Assembly (NCBI GenBank): GCA_965202585.1
Contig: OZ241834.1
Location: forward strand, 37,200,001 to 37,264,000
Length of the DNA: 64,000 nucleotides
Reading direction: 5' to 3'
Source: Thalia democratica
Lineage: Eukaryota
Part shown: positions 62,231-64,000 of the stretch, piece by piece
Position numbering within the stretch: position 1 is the stretch's first letter
Layout of the letters: every line of letters starts with the position of its first letter
Position numbers and translations under genes: made by a program
The notes under the pieces: generated by a model
The model's database searches: none
What the model saw: the letters and a program-made list of their open reading frames with translations, nothing else
What the model was told of the DNA's origin: nothing

Positions 62231-64000
62231 ACCTAATACTAATGCTAAAAGTAATGTTTTTTAAAGTATATATAACTGATTATATATTGGAACTTAAACA
62301 AAAAAAAAACAAGCAGCAAGTTTAATTAATAAATATCCTAAAAGATTAATTAAAACTTTTTTGTATATAAGAAAATTTTTGTTTTGGAATATTTTGTTTT
62401 GTACATACTAAAGTTTTTGTTTTTAATAAACTTGTTAATCATGAAATAAAGTTTGCTTTCAAAGTTTTTTTTTTAAGGTAGAAAAGTACTACACTATAAT
62501 TGTTTTTATAAACTTTCAAAAGTATCAGTTGTACTAAATGGCAAATTTAAACTTGACTTTTAGTTAATAAGCAATCAAAAAACAAAAGTCAGCACGAACA
62601 AAAATATTTAATAAATCAGGTACCTTAAAATAAAAACTAAATTAAACACCAAACAGTATTTCTAAACTAATACTTAACTTCAGCTTATATGGATTAAAAT
62701 ATTTTATTTTTATGCATTATTTTTTCCGAAACAAAACATTCTTTTGACATTATCAAAAAATTTAGTATAGTTAAAACATAGTTATCACATAATAAGTTAA
62801 GTAGGAAAACCTTTTCCTTTTTTTTTTTTAGATCTCTAGGTGTTTATTTAAGGACTTATAATTTTTATATAGACTTTCTCAAACAACTACATATAAATGT
62901 TTTTCATTATATTTCAATGTGTAAACTAAAAAACTCTGTTCAGCGTCGTTATTTAAAAGTTTTGCTAATGACAATTTTCGATTAACTCTGACAATTAAGT
63001 TTAGAAAATGTACAAACAATTAAGTTAAAAATCAAAAATTCTTGCTTAAGTAGACTAGAAGAAAATATATTTTATTTAGAAAATCTTGAGTTAATAAAAA
63101 GGCTGCCTTTTTTTAACTTTACAAAAACAATATGTACTAACTATATGTAGTAATTGAATAAAAGTCATTTTGACTGTAAAGAAACTTTAATTAATAATTC
63201 ACCAAACTGTTGATTAGTACTTAATTTATTGTTGCTGTCTGTGAAATAATTGATTATTAACTATTTTAAACTAGTTTTTGTGTCATTTTTTAAATTAAAA
63301 GCTTGACAACTTTTTAAGAAGTAGACTAGTATGGTATTTAACATAATTTTACATCACAGACTTTTTTCAAAAAAAATTCTTATACTACAAAACTTTTAAA
63401 GCTAGTTGTTGAAAACTTTAGCAGTTAAAACTTTAATTTAACATGTATTAGGTAAAAACAAAAAATAATAATAGAAAATGTTTTGCTTACTTAAAACAAA
63501 AGGATAGAAATTATTAAAGAAACTTATGCTAATAAAAGTGTTGTTATTCTTTTAATTTAACAAAAACATTAGAAGAACATGTATCAGTTTAAAAATATAT
63601 TTTATGATTTAGAAGTTTAACTATCACCTGATGAATTTAACAAGACAAAAATATCTATTTTGACTTGTAAACTAAGATGTTGAATTTTAATTTGTCTTAA
63701 TTGAAGTCTATAAGATTAGTTATCTTAAAACTAAAACTGTTGTATCTGATAACATTTTTATAACTAAAGTTGACAGTTAAAAGATTAATGTATTATTTAG
63801 TCTAGTATTTTTTATAACTTACCCTTTAAGTTGTTGAGAAAAAGCTTGGTTTATTAAAAAGCAACTAAAAAAGTTGTAATTTTTTTTAATTTCAAGTATA
63901 AAACTCTAAAAACTTTGCTTTAACCAGTTAATTAAAACTTAATCTTGAACATTTCTATTATCACTTATTTAAGTTTTTTGATTGTTGTAAACACAAATTT

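Noticed and set aside
6021-62325. Numerous 60-100-aa ORFs rich in F, L, I, K and N, mostly with TTG starts
   Set aside because: Expected by chance in ~78% AT DNA. They have no splice-phase partners or recognisable motifs.
1-64000. CRISPR arrays, rRNA genes or prokaryotic operons
   Set aside because: No regularly spaced repeat-spacer arrays or rRNA-like sequence. The window is spliced eukaryotic DNA.

Overview
Very AT-rich (roughly 20-25% GC by eye) eukaryotic, almost certainly invertebrate-animal, genomic DNA with GT-AG introns and short, often GC-richer exons. I assembled the gene models by hand from splice signals, reading-frame phase and protein-family similarity. Minus strand: the first 8 coding exons of NOP58 (the gene runs off the left edge), an intact intronless RPS27 only ~400 bp upstream of it, an orphan exon next to a GC-rich YY1/CCAAT island (11.3-12.4 kb), and a complete 6-exon TMEM45-family gene (292 aa). 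Plus strand: a tRNA-Cys(GCA) and a complete 5-exon TGN38/TGN46 (TGOLN2)-like type I membrane protein gene (536 aa) with a 29-unit acidic repeat stalk. The rest is intron or intergenic DNA with several MITE/foldback families and a Tc1/mariner relic. The most interesting observations are: (1) diverged tandem 'echo' copies of exon edges beside exons of all three spliced genes; (2) an RPS27-NOP58 junction that looks like a trans-spliced operon with no intercistronic spacer; (3) a phase-compatible 11-nt microexon that could replace the 1.3-kb repeat exon of the TGN46-like gene; (4) a TMEM45 loop insertion encoded by clustered TGACGTCA palindromes; (5) a candidate intronic H/ACA snoRNA in NOP58. No searches were run. 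Family calls come from recalled sequence motifs, repeat boundaries are approximate, and the species is not identified.
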